A stretch of DNA of 64,000 nt from IMG/VR virus record IMGVR_UViG_3300042402_003952; one strand, written 5' to 3'. The notes below the pieces were generated by a model. The model saw nothing but the letters and a program-made list of their open reading frames with translations. It searched no databases and had not been told where the DNA came from. The position numbers and the translations under genes were made by a program. Within the stretch, counting starts at the first letter, position 1. Each line of letters opens with the position of its first letter. The DNA is from a virus. Taxonomy: Duplodnaviria > Caudoviricetes. Below, piece by piece: positions 63,242 through 64,000 of this stretch.

Positions 63242-64000
63242 AACTATAAAATGGCGCAATTTCTTAAGTACTGGCAATCAATACACAGAAGTAGATTTTA
63301 CAAAAAATAAAACAAATCTAATCATAGGTTCTAATGGAGCAGGAAAAAGTACTGTTCTTGATGCACTTACTTTTTCTTTGTTTGGCAAACCATTTCGTAA
63401 GATTAATAAACCACAACTTATTAATTCTGTAAATGATAGAGATTGTAGAGTTGAAGTTGAGTTTGATATTGGTAATATTTCTTGGAAAGTAGTAAGGGGT
63501 ATTAAACCAAATATTTTCGAAATTTATCGTGATAATTCTCTTTTGGATCAATCATCAGCAGCATTGGACCAACAAAAATGGTTGGAACAAAATGTTTTAA
63601 AAATGAATTATAAGTCTTTTACTCAGATTGTAATTCTTGGGTCTAGTACTTTTGTTCCTTTCATGCAACTTTCATCTGCTCATCGTCGTGAGGTGATTGA
63701 AGATCTTCTAGATATTAAGATTTTTTCTTCTATGAATCTTGTCATTAAACAAAAGATTCGTTCCATTAAGGATGAAATAAAAACTTTTGAATTGAAGAAA
63801 GAATCTCTCAGTGATAAAGTTAAGATGCAGAAAGAGTTTATTGAAGAACTTGAAAACCGTGGAAATGCCAACATAAATGCCAATAAAGAAAAGATTGCCA
63901 ATTTAGATGAAGAAATTGGCAATTATACTCGGGAAAACGAGTCCGTAGAAGAACCTCTTAGAGTACTTATTCGTGAGCAAGATGCTATCACAGGATATGC
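63228..64000 (+). CDS. gp46: recombination ATPase gp46 (Rad50/SbcC-like), truncated by window end
   Basis: Hand-translated MIIFKTIKWRNFLSTGN...GSNGAGKSTVLDAL...FTQIVILGSSTFVPFMQL; open to window end. Confidence 0.95.
   Translation, partial: MIIFKTIKWRNFLSTGNQYTEVDFTKNKTNLIIGSNGAGKSTVLDALTFSLFGKPFRKINKPQLINSVNDRDCRVEVEFDIGNISWKVVRGIKPNIFEIYRDNSLLDQSSAALDQQKWLEQNVLKMNYKSFTQIVILGSSTFVPFMQLSSAHRREVIEDLLDIKIFSSMNLVIKQKIRSIKDEIKTFELKKESLSDKVKMQKEFIEELENRGNANINANKEKIANLDEEIGNYTRENESVEEPLRVLIREQDAITGY

Overview
64 kb segment of a T4-like cyanophage (cyanomyovirus) genome. Core genes are recognisable by sequence and T4-like order; a cyanobacterial host is inferred from the DUF3110 gene, a VrlC-type gene and an NblA-like ORF. 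(1) 1-6570: hypervariable early region of about 25 short plus-strand ORFs, a tRNA-CAT and four copies of a ~100-125 bp promoter cassette (24-bp palindrome, extended -10, leader hairpin). (2) 6562-7092: minus-strand HNH homing endonuclease. (3) ~7100-9130: 2-kb mostly non-coding region with several consensus sigma70 promoters, a 31-bp-period repeat, a promoter-proximal array of four invariant 27-bp cores at exact 72-bp spacing, inverted repeats and A-tracts (origin and/or ncRNA candidate). (4) 9130-11740: small conserved ORFs and a GT-A glycosyltransferase-like gene. (5) 11764-57949: virion module (gp25, gp6, 4164-aa gp7-like, gp8, VrlC-like, gp13-gp23, gp3), with probable internal-head proteins carrying T4-type capsid-targeting N-termini and a modular putative polyprotein. 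(6) 57946-64000: uvsY, uvsW, gp55, gp47 and gp46 (truncated), interrupted by two more free-standing endonuclease genes, one with a late promoter inside a leader-sequestering hairpin. All family assignments are from motif recognition by eye; no database searches were run.
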